A DNA stretch of 63,691 bases, filler included, from Folioceros fuciformis (lineage: Eukaryota), in NCBI GenBank assembly GCA_049999805.1. It is 4 parts of 2 records of this genome, joined end to end, with 100 filler letters (N's around TTAATTAATTAA, not from the genome) between each part and the next. Parts side by side here need not be neighbours in the genome. Positions count along the whole stretch, not along the records: positions 39,413 to 62,006 come from JBNGIO010006317.1; 3 more parts are not named here. The stretch is one strand, 5' to 3'. The position numbers were made by a program, and so were the translations under genes. A model generated the notes under the pieces. The model ran no database searches and was not told the origin of the DNA. It saw nothing but the letters and a program-made list of their open reading frames with translations. Of the stretch, positions 46,996 to 60,885 are shown piece after piece. Each line of letters starts with the position of its first letter. The first letter of the stretch is position 1.

Positions 46996-49900
46996 TCACG
47001 TCGAGACTATGTCATGCGACAAGCTCTCCAGTGTGTCGTAGATCAGCCTCCTCTCTGGGTGCTCTGAGTCTGTTGCCAAGAATGAGTGCACCTGGTTGTT
47101 GACTTGGATCCAGGTGCAGCCAGGATCCTTGTGCACACCTGCAGAGACCATCTTGCCCAGAGTGTCGGCTTTGTCCTCCCACCTTCCTGCTGCTGCATAC
47201 AGGTTTCCCATGAGGACGTAGGCGGCAGCGTTTTCTGGTTCCAGTTCTACGACGGAGTCGAAACATCGTTTACCCAGCTCTAGGTTGTCATGGTTTTGGC
47301 AGCCTCCAAGAAGAGCCATCCACACGTTTGCTTTGGGCTTCATTGGCATCTCATCGATCAGCGCTTCTGCCTCTGACAGATGGCCCGCACGACAAAGGAG
47401 GTCAACCATCGAAGCATATTGCTTCATGCCTGGAGAAACCCCAAAGTCGCTGTGCATGCGGCGAAAGAGGGCAAACCCCTCGTCCACCAGGCCTGCGTGA
47501 CTGCATGCTGCAAGCACACAGAGCAAGGTGACATCATCTGGTTTCATGCCATCCTCCTGCATTCTGTTGAAGAGCTGGAGAGCTCGCTGCCCATGCCCGT
47601 GCTGCGCATAAGCCCCGATCATCGCCGTCCACGAGACGGCAGTCTTTTCTGGCAGCTTCTCAAAGACGTCCAGTGCGTGATCCAAGCTGCCACAGTTGGC
47701 ATACATGTCAATCAATGTGTTTGCAATGGCTACGTCTGCGTCCAGCCCATTCTGAATCAGCTCCTCATGTACGAGTATGCCCTGGTGGAGTGCAGGAATG
47801 CTGCCGCAGGCTCTCAGGATGCTCAGGAACGTAACCTTGGACGGCTCCATGCCCTCTGCCCGCATTTGTCTGTACAGCTGTATGGCGTCAGATCCAAACC
47901 CACTGTCAGCATAGCCTCCGATCATGACAGTCCATGAGCCGATGTCTCGTCTTGTCAGTCTGTCAAACACTTTTCTTGCTTCAACCACACTCCCGCACCT
48001 CAAATACATGTCAAGGAGAGAATTCCCTACAAACTCCTCCAATCCACTCTTCTCAATCTGGGCGTGAATCTGCTTGCCTTCGTGTAATTCTGCCATGCTA
48101 CCACAAGCTTTCAGCATGTTTATAAAGGTTATTCCATTGGGTTGCACACCGGCTTGCTGCATTTGCTTAAATAGTGAAATGGCCATGTGACCTTGCCCAT
48201 GTGAGGCGTATGCCCCAAACATCGCCGACCATGACACCACAGTCTTCTCGGGCAACATGTCAAAGACGTTTCGGGCATCGTCCAGCCTGTTGCACTTAGC
48301 ATACATGTCAACCAGGGTGTTTCCTATTATGGGATCCAGTTCCAACTTACTCTTGACAACTTGCGAATGAATTTGCTTCCCCTGATCCAAAGCAGCCAAG
48401 CTAGCACATGCTTTGAGCACACTTGCAAATATAGCTTTGTCTGGCTTCACGCCGTCCCTCTGCATTTCCTGAAACAGCTCAAGCGCCTCTTGATCTCGCC
48501 CATTTTGCACACATCCCCCAATTATGGCCTTCCATGACAACACATCTCGCTGTGACATTTTCCCGAACACTTCCTGGGCTGCTTCCAGACTGCTGCATCT
48601 GACATACATGTGCATGAGAGTGTTCCCAACAATCAGACCAGCATCACGACCTTCTTCCATGAGCTTCACATGAATAAGCTTGCCATGATCCAGGGCTGCC
48701 ACGGTGGCACATGCTCTAAGAATGCTCACAAACGTGATAAGATCTGGCTCCTTGCCCTCCTCTTGCATCTGCGTGTACAGTTGAAGAGCTTCTGGAACAT
48801 GCATGTTGTGCGCATATCCTCGAATCAGGACATTCCAGGAAACAACATCTCTCTCTGGCAAGCTCTCAAACAATGCCAAGGCGTCAATCAAGCTGTCGCA
48901 TTTGGCATACATGTCAAGCAGAGTATTAGCTACACAAAGATCTGATGCCAAGCCACTCTGCGTAAGAAGGCCATGCACAAGCCTGCCCTCATCTAGAGCT
49001 GCCAGGCTGCCGCATGCTCGTAGCACACTGAGGAAGGTAACATTGTTTGGCACAACTCCCTCCTGGAGCATCTGCTTGAAGAGATCAATAGCCTCCTGTC
49101 CCAACTCATTCCGCGAATATCCTTGGATCAAAGTATTCCAAACCACAATGTCTGCCTTGGGCAATCTGTCAAAAACCACTCTAGCATCATGCATACACCC
49201 AGCTTTGCCATACATATCAATCAGTGTGCTCCCCACATACAGGTGCCACTCAAATCCGCTCTCCACAACATCCCCGTGTATCTTCCTGCCCTCTGTCACA
49301 GCCCCTGCGCTTGAGCAGGCCTTCAGGAGCGCCACAAAAATCTGGTGGTTTGGCCTAACCCCATCCTGCTTCATCCGGTTGTAGAGCTTGATAGCCTGCG
49401 CAACCCGCCCATGACTGGCATGAGCAGAGATGATTGCTTGCCACATCTGCAAATTGGGTCCCTTCACTTTCTCAAATACGTCATCGGCTTCCACCAGGCT
49501 TCCGCAAGCGGAAAACAAACGGATCAAGACACTACCCAAGTAAGCGTCTTCGTGAAGCCCTGTTCTGAGAATCACAGCCTGTACCCGTCTTCCCGCAGCC
49601 AGGTCCTTCTTCTTCAGGCATCCCTGCAAAACGCTCTTCACAACGTTGGGCGTCACCTGAATTCCTTGTTTTTCCATCGTATCCATGGCCTCAAGAGCCT
49701 CCTCCAGCTGCGCGTCGTCATGCAGCCTGCTCCGACGCCCCACAGACCCAAGGGAGCCCAAATCAGCTGCCGACCTGAATCACCACAGAGAGCACCCTGA
49801 GCCTCCAGAACCAACACCAATGCATCTGAAGACATGATTGAGGGGCACATCGCTCAGGATTTCCCAATCTAGATGCGCACCCACCGGACATGGTTCCCGC

Positions 49901-50077
49901 TGGAAGCTCGGCAGCTGGTGCTTGAATCGGAGAAGCAATGCACTCTCACCCTGTTGGCGCAGGATCCGCTTGCAGACGTCCAGGTAGATTGCTTTGCTCT
50001 ACCCGCAAGAAAATGGATGATCCGAACACAGACCCGCATGACCTCAAATCAAGATGGAAGTTCCGAAGGCTGCCCAT
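46996..50077 (-). CDS. PLS-class PPR protein, E1-E2-E+ (PG-type box, no DYW)
   Basis: Long P-L-S array ending KDPGCTWIQVNNQVHSFLA.D..HP. A probable short first exon from ATG 50077 splices in phase 2 to the large exon near 49774. Confidence 0.9.
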
Positions 50078-50293
50078 GGTTTCGGCCGGTGCTTGGAATG
50101 CAAACCATCATGTTACAGGAGTGCGCCGAGCAAGGGGCACAAACATACACGGAGCCGTTAAACTAACAACGGCTTGTGTCTGGACATCAGCGCTTCCCGC
50201 CCATCCTGGCTGTTTTCACATTTGGACCTTCGCAAGCCGCATTGCGACTTCCTTGCCCTGCCGTGATCCTGTGTGCCCAGCGAGAAGGGCGCG

Positions 50294-51950
50294 ATGTCGA
50301 TAGCTCTAGGAGCTTTGAAGAGCTTTGTGGTGGAAGCCACCGGGCAAAGACAAGGGGACGACACCGTGACATTGCACGTCACGCACTCCAACTTGAAGCA
50401 CCATTTCAATGAACTTCGGTTTGATCTTCATGTGAGTGGACCGTGGCATGTTATGCAGACAGCAGCTGCTGCGCTTGAAAGGTCATGCATGTGCAGTTCT
50501 GCCTCCAACTTTCCCCCTGTTATGTCTGTCTGAACCTGGATGGCGTATGCAGATCACTGTGGAAGCCATAAAGGAGAAGCTGAGGAACCATACGGGAACT
50601 CCCGTAGAGGCACAGAGACTGGACCTCTATGATAGCTGTGACACCAAGGTTTGTGAGCTCTCTGACGGCGATAAGCAGTTGGGGTTCTACTCGCCTAGAG
50701 ATGGGTAGGTCACAATTCGCCCACGTTTTCAGCAGAAGCTAGCATGGACAGCTGGGTGGTGGAGACATGGCCATGCAGTGCTTCCCCACGGCTGTAAGCA
50801 TAGCTCATGAGGGTGATTCGATGGTTTTCGGTTCAGGTATCGAATTCATGTGGTGGACACTGATCCCATGTCCATCTCCTCTCATGGCTGGTTGGAAGAT
50901 GTGTCCCTCGTTGAGAAGTACAAAATCTCTGAAGAAGATTACGATAAGCGAGAGGGTATGTCTCCAGAGCAAACACTTCCCTACGGTTCCTTGGTTTTGG
51001 GCGTAACAGTTTTGATTGTGTGCACTTTTTGTATGCAGATTCGTTCAGAAAGTTCAAGGCCAAGAAACTTGCTGCAGATCCTACCTGGACGCTGGAGAAG
51101 GTGCATCCTCCAGCGTGCAGCTGTGATGACTTTTCGATGCTTCCTGTGCAAATTGGTCTGGGTCTATTTCTCATGACTGTGTTTTGTCCACAGGAAATGG
51201 CAATGCGCAGGGGAGAAAAGTTTCCAGACTTACAGGTATTGGAGAAAGCAGCAAATATCCTTCTTCAGCGTTTCTGCTGTTGCCTATGTCATGTGCTAAA
51301 CCGTTGGCTTCATTTTCAGACTCTGACGGATGAGCACATGGCAGACCTCGCAGCCGGCATACATGTTAGCTCTCTGTGCTTTTATCCTCGTCCCCTTCTG
51401 CCCTGTTTCCCACCTCACTTTCTCATAGGGAATGAAGTAGGTGGAGAGATTTAGTGCACATAAATTGTGCAGGTGGGGGACAGGTGTGAGGTCGATCCTG
51501 GAGCCAAACGCGGTGTCATAATGTTCGTGGGCAAGGCTGAGGGTCTGGGTCCTGGTTACTGGATTGGAGTCCACTACGACGAACCTGTGGGCAAACACGA
51601 TGGAATGTATGTTTGCTATGGCTTTCTGTCTGTCAAGGGTGCCCATCTCAAGGCTCTTTCGTGCTAAGTACATTCTTCTGTCCTGGTTTTGTTAGCACTG
51701 ACAGACCGTGGATGAATTTCATGGTTGCAGGGTCAAGGGCAGAAGATACTTCACTTGTCCTCAAGGATTTGGTGCCATGCTGCGTCCCGACAAAGTGAAG
51801 GTGCTGGCTTCTTTCTGCTGGGGCTGGTGCATTCATTAACGTCATCGTTAGCTATGTTCTTCCCTCGCTGATGAAGGTTGTGCCCATGGCCAGGTTGGAG
51901 ACTTCCCTGAACGAGATCCATTTGACGAGGAGGAGCCAGATGAGATCTAG
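50294..51950 (+). CDS. TBCB: Tubulin-folding cofactor B (UBL + CAP-Gly), multi-exon
   Basis: [62 protein letters not shown]; ends [17 protein letters not shown]. Confidence 0.93.
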
Positions 51951-52675
51951 GCCTCAGCCAATTTCGTAATGAATTCGAATCGTTTTTATTCTCAGTCGTT
52001 AGGAAATACTCGTATGACATTTTTTCTATTTTTCTAAATAGTCGGAAATTTCACCTGGGGAAAAAATTCGTGTACATTCTTTCGTAGAAACCAATGCCTT
52101 TACTAAAGATATCTGAACCGACGGAAGGGAACGTGGAGACTTTCTGAACATAGAGAAGCGCAAACATAACGTCAAAATGAAAATGTCTGTCCATGAAACC
52201 CGGGTGAACGTTATCCATTCCATTCCGAAAATTCGATCTGTGCACGAGACGACGCTGCGGGTTCTTGCTCCCCTGTTTCTGCCAGGAGCGGATAACAAGC
52301 CAGTGCGTGTAGGGAGTCTGGCACTGGTTTAGAGCAAGGTGTAGGATCATGCTGTCTCCGGAGCCGGGAAGGAGTAGGGAGATTGTAGGAAATAAAGTTT
52401 TTGCAAATGGTAGGACAAGAAACTTGCGCCTTCGCAGCTTGCCAAGTGCAGAGGCGTCAGCGGAGTTTTGCTGGAAGGTAGGCAGGGCGCTGTGATAGAT
52501 TTCCCTCTCTGCATTCGTGTCCGGGGTATCAAGCTTTGTGGAGTTGGACGCGCTGGTGACCGTTAGTCATGGAGGAGAGAGCACTGAGCTGAGTGATGCA
52601 GAGTTCTGACGAATCTGTAGAGCCAGCATTTTGATCTTGGTAGAGTTGTCAGGGGCGGGGTCAGTGGAAGCACCT

Positions 52676-54197
52676 ATGGCTACGCATTCCTCGGTTTATC
52701 CCTACGTCAAGGGACAGGTGAGTTCGGTTGGCGGGTGCTCCTCTCCTAACATCCGCGAGACTTCGGTGGGAGGGTTTGTGTTCCTCAAGGATAAGGAGAG
52801 TGGCAGAGCAACTAGCAGCGTCGTGTGTTATTCGACAAGTACGCAGGGAGGGGATGCCTGCAGCTGTGCAAGACGTCTGGGTTGCTGGGTGGATGGACTG
52901 CCGAGGAATCGGAACAGGTTTAGGCCTTGTGGTAGGAGAAAGCAGTCCCGTCTTCATGTGTGTTCGTCTATGCTGGACGACAGAGGTGGGATATGGGGAA
53001 TGCGCTGTGTAGGTCTGCCTTGGAATGCAGGCAGGTGCGGCTTCCACAAATGTAAGCTAGCTGCAGACTCATCAAAGGCTGTGAGGGGGATTGCTGAGAG
53101 TGTGGCCAAGGAATTTAAATTGTATGCAGCAGCTGCCGGTGCTGGAGGTGTGCCATCGAACGGGTCCAGGGCTTTTGATCAGCAAGAGGAGGAGGTGTCT
53201 ATTTCTGGCGACGGAGAGGTATTGGTGAGTGGCTTTGGATGGTTAGCAAGGGAAGTGGATATTGGTAGTATTGAGGAGTTGAGAGTTGTGGCGGACGTCC
53301 AAGCTAGAGCATTCCACACTCCCGCGCCAGCATTTGATGACTTGTTCTTTGATTTCTTCAAGGTGATTCTGACAGTCTCTATGAACCTTGAGCTGTTGTC
53401 CTTGTTTTGCTGCGTCTTCCTAGTTTTGCATCATAACGCAATCGTTGTGGTAATGTCCAAGTTTCACAAGAAGTTTAGACGAAGTGTTTCACGAAGTGCT
53501 AATTTGGTTTCTGAGTGCAGGCCGAAGTCCTGAGCGCTCTTCTGTACAGGGTCAGGACGTCAGCTCCTAACAGGTACCCGATACCCAAGAATGTCTTTGG
53601 ACTGGCCTGTAGCCTGTTCCATTCAGGAGATTGTGTAGGCGTGCCACCTGAGATTCTCAACATCTTTCCTGCGATATGGACAGGTACTCATGTCTTATCG
53701 CAGAAACGGCAACAGACCCTTCATCAGGAGAGGTGCCGAAGATCGTGGGTGCAGTGGACGTTACAGCTTATGGAGATACGCAAGTACTGAGTCATCTCGA
53801 TGGCGCGAAAGAGTACCTGTATGTCAGTGGGATGGCTGTCAACGAAGAACATAGGTATCGTATCAGTGTCTCTAGAGCTATCTAGGTTTCTTCGGCGTCT
53901 ATCGATCGACTGTGCTATTCCCTCAGGCTGTGACAACGTCTGACAAATTTGCTGATGCGCAGACGTCAGGGTGTTGCCACTCTTCTTTTAGAGGCCTGTG
54001 ACTTGAGGGCAAGACAATGGAACTTCGAAAATTTGGTGCTTCACGCATACGAGGATGACCCACGGGCGAGGGCACTGTACTCTAGGGCCGGGTACGAGGT
54101 GGTTGCATCTGACCCTTCGTGGATGAGTGCCTGGCTGGGACGAAGGCGAAGGGTTCTGATGGTTAAAAAGTCGTCGAATACAAGCTTTCCCTTCTGA
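52676..54197 (+). CDS. GNAT10: Plastid GNAT-family N-acetyltransferase (At1g72030-like), 4 exons
   Basis: VADVQARAFH..FDDLFFDFF|AEVLSALLY, YLYVSGMAV, RRQGVATLLLEACD, AYEDD..AR.LY..AGY and GRRRRVLM. Confidence 0.85.
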
Positions 54198-54969
54198 ATC
54201 AGGAAGAAATCCAAAACAAGTGGGCCACGGGGGTTTCAGTTTCCTAACTTGGAAATGTGGCATCTGCACATGACGCTGGAGTTGCAAGCCTCGACTGTAT
54301 CATATAGTTCTGTTGCAAGGTACTATCACAGGATTGTGCCATTGGTGGGGTTCTCGCTATCGAAGCCCCGTTCTGTCAAACTCAGCTGTCTGCTGTCGCT
54401 GGGTAATGTTATATGTTAGAGCTATTGGTGGGGTTATCCCCAATTAAGAAAACATTCTTTTGAGAGCAAAGAACGCTGGATGGAGAACTGGTCCGATTCT
54501 CTCATTTTGAGGTAGGCTGAAAAGATTTTTTGAAGGTGATACCCATCAGGGTCAATACCTTGCAAGTTCGGTGCACCTTTACTGGCTCCTTTACTTCACA
54601 AATCCAGACGTCTCCAGTAAACAATGAAACGTGTGCAATTTAATTATCTCACCATTTCCCACTCCTCTTCCTTCACCGGCATGGCAGTTTTCACAGTTTG
54701 AGGACCTGGCGTGCACAGAGATGGCACCCACAACCCGTTACCTGGCCAGCCAAAGTCAGAGTGACCTGCATAATCAGCGTTCCTCGGTTTCACAGTCACG
54801 CTGACTTGAGGGTCCTACCGCGTCCCTGGGTAAGAAAGGGGTTTACACAAACAGACATCTCCAATGTGGAGATGAAGATCGTAGCCATATGCGTCCAAGC
54901 CCACCAAATACAGGTGAAGGTATGGCTGAACCAAGTCAAAAAATTTGAGCATTCTTGGTTGTAGAGATC

Positions 54970-56182
54970 TCAGCGGTTGTTATTGATGTCCCTGGCCTTA
55001 TCGACAAGCTGTTGCAATGCAACCCGGATATGCTCTGTGACATGAGAGTACATCCACTTGGTGGCAGTCTCATCAAGAGCAGGGCCGTCAGAAGATACTG
55101 GANNNNNNNNNNNNNNNNNNNNNNNNNNNNNNNNNNNNNNNNNNNNNNNNNNNNNNNNNNNNNNNNNNNNNNNNNNNNNNNNNNNNNNNNNNNNNNNNNN
55201 NNTGACGTTGAGTTCGCGGGTTGGCATGAAATATGCTGGAAACTCCGGCGGACAAACCAAGGCTCTCGATCTGCAATTCAGCACTGGAAATGTTGGCCCT
55301 CGCTTCACGGACCTCACGATCCGCAGAAACAAAACCAGGAGGATGAAACCTGGATACTGATTCTGCCTGCAGCGCCATTTGCTTGAGCCGAGGGATATCA
55401 AAATGCATGGGCTCCCCGACAACAATAGTGAGCTTCTTAAAAAAGAGGGGAACCAGCGGCCGTCGCCCAAACAAATACGACTCCGGCATCGCCTTCTCAA
55501 ACCCGCTGTGAGCAAGAGGCAACACGATAGGCGGCACAGTAGCACGCGCGATGAGGCTGCCGATCCCCCACTTCAACCGTTGCAGCGGGGCGAGGTCCTG
55601 AATCACCTTCCCTTGCGGAAAAGTGTGCAGCCACTCGCCCTCGTTAATCCGCTCCAGAGCCTCCCCCATGGCCGGCTGGCAGATTCCTCCTCCGCGTGTC
55701 ACCGGAATGCACTTCCCTAGCCGGAAGAAGTAGGAGAAAACGGGATTCGTGAAGCAAATGTCCTCTGCAGTCAAAATCCAGCGGATGAGCTTGTGATCCA
55801 AGGCCGAAATGCCAGGCAAACCCCACATGAGCGGGTCGTCCAGCGTGGACATGTGGTTGCTGACCGTGAGCAGAGGCGTTCCTCTGGGCCGCGACTTGAT
55901 CAACTCTGTCAGCGTCTCCAAATTGTGCACAATCGTGGAACTCAGAAAGGACGTGTAGAACTTGGCAGCGGTTCCTACGGTGGTAAGCACGATTGCCCTC
56001 GGAATCCCTCGCAGATGCGAGTCGCTCGCAGCATCCATCACCACTCTCTCCGTCGTACTAAGCTGCCTCATCAAAGCCCAATCCAGGCCGAGACGTCTCG
56101 TCCTTGTCCTTCCCACGCCGCCGTGGGCGGCCGCTCTCCCCGCGGTGAGCATCATGGTCCCCGCCTTCCTCCTCGCACTCAT
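54970..56182 (-). CDS. Tafazzin-family acyltransferase (NAPE synthase / At1g78690-like), intronless in the visible sequence
   Basis: HLRGIPR, PLLTVSNHMSTLDDP, AEDICF, GKCIPVTRGGG, WLHTFPQGKV and LKWG. The C-terminus after the gap ends ...KARDINNNR* at 54970. Start could be 56182 or 56038. Confidence 0.85.
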
Positions 56183-56863
56183 CTGCGAGATGCGACTCAA
56201 AACGCGACTCAGCTGAGGTCGGCGCTTGGTATGCCCGGCATGTCGAAAGGCTACATCCAGTTTGTGATGGTTAGTTTGCCGGTTTGAAGTGCAACCATAG
56301 AACCCCTCGCTGCAAAAGGGAGGTGCCAACCAGAGTTAGCCTCGGTAACCCGGTTAAGAGCGTATTCTACCGAGACACCCAGGCCTGGCAACTACGGTTT
56401 CCCGCCCTTCAAGTTCTTCATATTCGTACGCAAGCTTATACGCTAGAGGCGATGGCGACAGACCGCGGCTAGAATTTACATGCGCTGCAGGTAGGTCTCG
56501 TTGCCCGGTTCTTGCCATCTGTGTGACTTGTCTGGTTTGTTTTGCTCTTGTACCGTTCGATTGTGAGAGGCACTGGCTAGGGCAGAGTGTAATCCCTTTC
56601 ATGTTGTCCTTGCGGCTGTGTCTGTGCGGAAGTTGGAGTTCTGAGGGGACTTAGGTGTGGGATGGAGGTGTGGAAACTGTCCGTTGTGTTGTTTGCTCTG
56701 GCTGCTCTTCTGCTGTCTTTCAATTTGGCTCTTATTGAGCGTCTTCTGAATTGCGGACGACAGCTGTGTCCAGCGGTAGGTTTTGTGTGTAGGGTGCTGG
56801 ATTGGCTTCTTGTAAAGTGAGTGTTTTGCGCCTTTTGTCAAGGTGTTTGTCGAACGCGAAGGG

Positions 56864-58724
56864 ATGCCGTCCGTTTCAGCCTCGGAGAATGGAGTCGCGG
56901 ATATCGTGGAGTCCGTAGAGACTGATGAAGGCGTGGTGGTAGAGCCCGATAAGGAAGCACTGCTAGGTCACGCGAATCGCCTCTTCGAATTAGGGTGCTC
57001 GGCCTTACGCTCACAGCAGTATGACGAGGCTTGTGACTGCATCGGAAAAGCTCTGGAGATACGGTAGGAGCAGGTGGTGAAGGGTGTGATTATTTTTTAT
57101 CTTGTGGTTTCGGAACTTGCACGACTGACGTTTTGTGGGCTCTTCACAGGGTCCAGCACTACGGGGAGCTGGCTATTGAATGCGCTCCAACTCTTTACAA
57201 ATACGGCTGTGCTCTCCTCTACAAAGTTCAGTCAGAGTCTGATGCTTTAGGTCAGACTGATGGAGCCAGAGATAAGGCAGAGACTCTGTCAACCGAAGCA
57301 ATAGTGAAGTCTCCAGGTCAGTTCTTGGTGAGGGCTGCTTTTTCTTGTTGTTAGAATGTTGGGCCTCCGCGCGTCTCCGTAGTCTTAATCACTTTTCCCT
57401 AATGTTGGTGAAGATGGAGATGACGAGAACACGGACGACGAATCGGATGCTGAGGATGATGATGAGTGTGAGAATGCAAACTGTGGCGTGGGTGATGCAA
57501 ATGGGGACGGCATGGACGACGGAATGTCAGATCTGCAATTAGCATGGGAGAATCTGGATCTCGCTCGACATATCTATCAATCTCAGGCTCAACGTAGCCT
57601 TGAGGAAGTGGATGTGATCGCTGCACTGGCAGATGTCAGCCTGGAGAAGGGTGAGTGTCCGAAATTTTCTAGATATATTGTGCACTGCATCTGTGTTTCT
57701 GGACGTCGCTGACGGATACCGGGCAACTTTTTTCAGAGGATTTTAAGTCGTGCTGCGATGATTACACAAGCGCCTTGGGAATCCTTGAGAAACTCGTTGA
57801 GCCCGATGATCGTCGTCTGGCTGAACTGTATCCTCGGAACGCTTGGATCCCAGTTGAAGTTCATAATGTTCTGTTTTTGTCTTCTTGTGTGACGGTCTTC
57901 GCTCATGGGGTCAATTGTAAATTTGGCTTGCTAGTCGCCCTTGTAGTTCCTTTACCCAGGTGAACATTGCAGATGTTTCAAGCTATGTCTTGCACTGCAA
58001 CTGAACAACAACGCAAAAGATGCCATGGAATACTGCAACAGAGCAGTTTCTGTTTGTGAAGCTCGTCTTGAGAAGCTGAAGAACCAGATTAGCGAGAAGC
58101 CATCAGAGGAGCCTGTCGGCGCGGAAGAGAACAAGATTGCAGCCGAGATCACTGAGATTGAAGAGCTACTAGTCGACCTGAGAGAAAAGGTGTGCTTTCT
58201 TGCCTACGTTCAGAGCCTTTCTTCGGTAGTTCCTCAAGCTGGTTGCTAATTCTTTGTGTCGTGTGCAGGTTCTTGAGCTTCAAGAGATGACTAATGCTCC
58301 ATCACTGATGGAGGCATTGCAGGCGGCAAACCCGTCCGCAGCAGCTAGTGTGAAGCTTGTACTCTCTGCGGTGGCCACCAGCATGTCTGAACGGATTGGG
58401 GAGCCGTCCAAGGGCACCGGAAACAGCCCAGCATCAAGCTCCAACGGATTCGATGAGTCTGCAATGTCTGGCAGCAGCACCTGTGTGACCGATTTGGGTG
58501 TGGTGGGTCGAGGCGTGAAGCGCGCTGCACCTATTCCTCTGCCGGCGGGGCAGACTAGTAGTAAAAGGCGCACCCTGGAAGAGCTGATGAACGGAGGGAG
58601 CTCGACTGGGCACGCTGAGAGTGGGAGCAGCAGCAGGATGGCAATTGCAGGGGATGCATTGGAGAACGGCGGTGCGTCGCCACAGGTGTCTGCAGGGGTC
58701 TCGTCTAACACAACGACAGGTTGA
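56864..58724 (+). CDS. NASP: NASP-family histone chaperone (SHNi-TPR), multi-exon
   Basis: ALEIR|VQHYGELAIECA..YKYGCALL, an acidic stretch, SDLQLAWENLDLAR, LVEPDDRRLAEL and DLGVVGRGVKR. Confidence 0.9.
57828..57972 (+). other. U12-type (minor spliceosome) GT-AG intron in NASP
   Basis: 5' site GTATCCTC; branch-like TTCCTTTAC at 57947-57955 close to the AG. Splicing restores AEL-CFKLCLAL. Confidence 0.75.
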
Positions 58725-59019
58725 GACGTGGTCGGGTTGGTCTTTGACGTCATTATTTAGTCGGTGCTGAGGTAAGCTTTGTTTGTTTGTACATACGGGC
58801 GTTCTGCACTGGATTTTGTGGCATTGAAGCCACCTTTTGTTGAAAGAGACAGCTAGTTACATTTCCCGACCTTCTTCCATTCTCCCTCTGACACCTGTAG
58901 GTTTTGCCATTTTCATCTAATTCCCTGGACTCCATAGATCCCGAAATCGTAGTTTCGAGTACGGGGAGGAGTATGCTTTGCCATAATCTGAATTTGTCGA
59001 AGCGAATCGCGGCGAGATA

Positions 59020-59350
59020 TAAGTTTTATGAACCTTGGTCCCGTGAGATTTGAGTTCTATGAACCTTGGTTTGAGTTCTATGAACCCGTGAGAACTGAGT
59101 TCTGTGAACCCTTGAGAATTGAGTTCTAGGAACCTGAACCTTGGTGCAGTTGCTTCGAAGAACTGCCCCGCCAAAAGTCTCATCACTGCCAAAAGCCTCA
59201 TCTCGTTACGAGCTGCCATGCCAAAAGTTTCATCATTGCCCAAAACGTCATCTCACTACGAACCGCCAAAAGCCTCATCTACTTGAGAATTGCTAAAGGC
59301 CTATGTCGGCCCTACTATACTCAAGAACTACCAAAAAGCCTCATCTACCT
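59020..59350. repeat. Degenerate short tandem repeats
   Basis: Recurrent gagttctatgaacc units followed by gccaaaagcctcatct units. Confidence 0.65.
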
Positions 59351-60284
59351 AAGAAAAATTAGACAAGAAATCCTATCCTCGAAAGAGGTGAGAGAAAAAT
59401 AAGATAGAAATCCTACCCCCAAAGAGGTGAGACCAACCATAGAGATCAACATGCCACTAGGACTAGCCCAAACCAGCCAAGGTCATCTTGCCACTAAGAC
59501 TAGCCATTAAAACGTTGAGCCTAAAACCTACCAAGAGCACCCAAGATATAATAAGGTCACCCTGGAGGCTTATCCAAACCCATAAGCTTAGTGCTTCAAA
59601 GATCGAGACTTAAACCTTTACATAATGTGGCCATGAATAGCTACATTGAAACAACCCTCCATCAATTTGCACGCCTGTGTATAGAGGGGGCAATAGTATT
59701 GGTTACTTCGGGCTTATGGGCTCCCCAAACCATGAATGGAAATGCCCAATGAATACTAGGTATTAGTTGGGCCAGACGCTATTCGACATCTTTAGTCATG
59801 TATCCGGCACTCTTTTGTTATTGTATATTCTTCTTTGCCTCTTGTGGGGTTGCTTTTAGTATGTTCTTCTTCACCTCTTTTCAAGTTGCTCCTAATTTTT
59901 ATTTTTATTTTGAGCTTTTGGCTATGGATGAAGTTAGGGTTTGTTTTTCTCTTAGGCCTTATATCAAGATATTCTTGTAATTATTTTCTGAGTCAGTGTC
60001 TAAAGTATATAGTGATAATATATTATCAAATAATATAATAAGTCTTTTTATAATGTTAATAACGGATGCAACAAGTAGTTTGATGGTTGAGGCTACAAGA
60101 TAAGTGTTTCTAAGGTTTTGTGGAAAGCACCTACTGGGCAAGGTCTGTGGGAGAGGCTGCATATGCAAGCATGGCAAATGCTATCACCTTCAATGTGACA
60201 TGAGAAGAGAAGGAGGCAATATCATATAACTTATACAACTTTAACAGTTTTAGTTTAGCAACTTTGCCCCTTTCTTATTTGTAG

Positions 60285-60700
60285 TTCTCCAAGAACTCCA
60301 ATTCAGCTTGAGAAAGCTGTTGCGATCATGTTGTGTCAACTTCAAAAGGGATTAATCCTGTATAAAATGGCCATAAAACATGGTGTAGGTATGGCAACAA
60401 TGATACAATACACAAAGGCTCTGTGGTTTCTATTGTGAGTGATCCTCATGAATTATACTCATCTTTTATCGGCATGTTTGACGAGTTACCTAATATTGTA
60501 GTTGCTATCGACGGCTCTTTGATCAAGTTCACTACTAAGACACCATCAAGGTACATGTCAATAAAGGAGTTAACCTAATATTGTAGTTGCTATGGACGGC
60601 TCTTTGATCAAGTTCACTACTAAGTCACCATCAAGGTACATGCCAATAAGCTTACAATATATCATTGCAAGCATTACAACATGCACTTTTTTGTTCTACA
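60285..60700 (+). mobile_element. PIF/Harbinger transposase remnant with internal ~83-bp duplication
   Basis: RTPIQLEKAVAIML.QL..G.......GVG.AT (HTH region) and LPNIVVAIDGSLI (first catalytic Asp of the DDE_Tnp_4 type). The 60483-60564 segment recurs at 60568-60648. Confidence 0.65.
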
Positions 60701-60799
60701 GCTGTTCAACCTGTACTTTTTTGTTTATGATCATCCACACTTATTCTTATGTGTATGTGTGTATTTTAAACACAATTTGCTTATAGTAGTGGACTGCCA

Positions 60800-60885
60800 T
60801 AACCCTAACCCTAAATCCAATAACTGTTCTGCTATAACCCTAAACCCTAAACCCCTGAACTAGGCCTAAACCCTAAGCCCTAAAT
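60800..60885. repeat. Degenerate interstitial telomere-like (CCCTAAA/CCCTAA) repeats
   Basis: taaccctaaccctaaa..taaccctaaaccctaaacccc..cctaaaccctaagccctaaa, followed by a T run. Confidence 0.7.
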
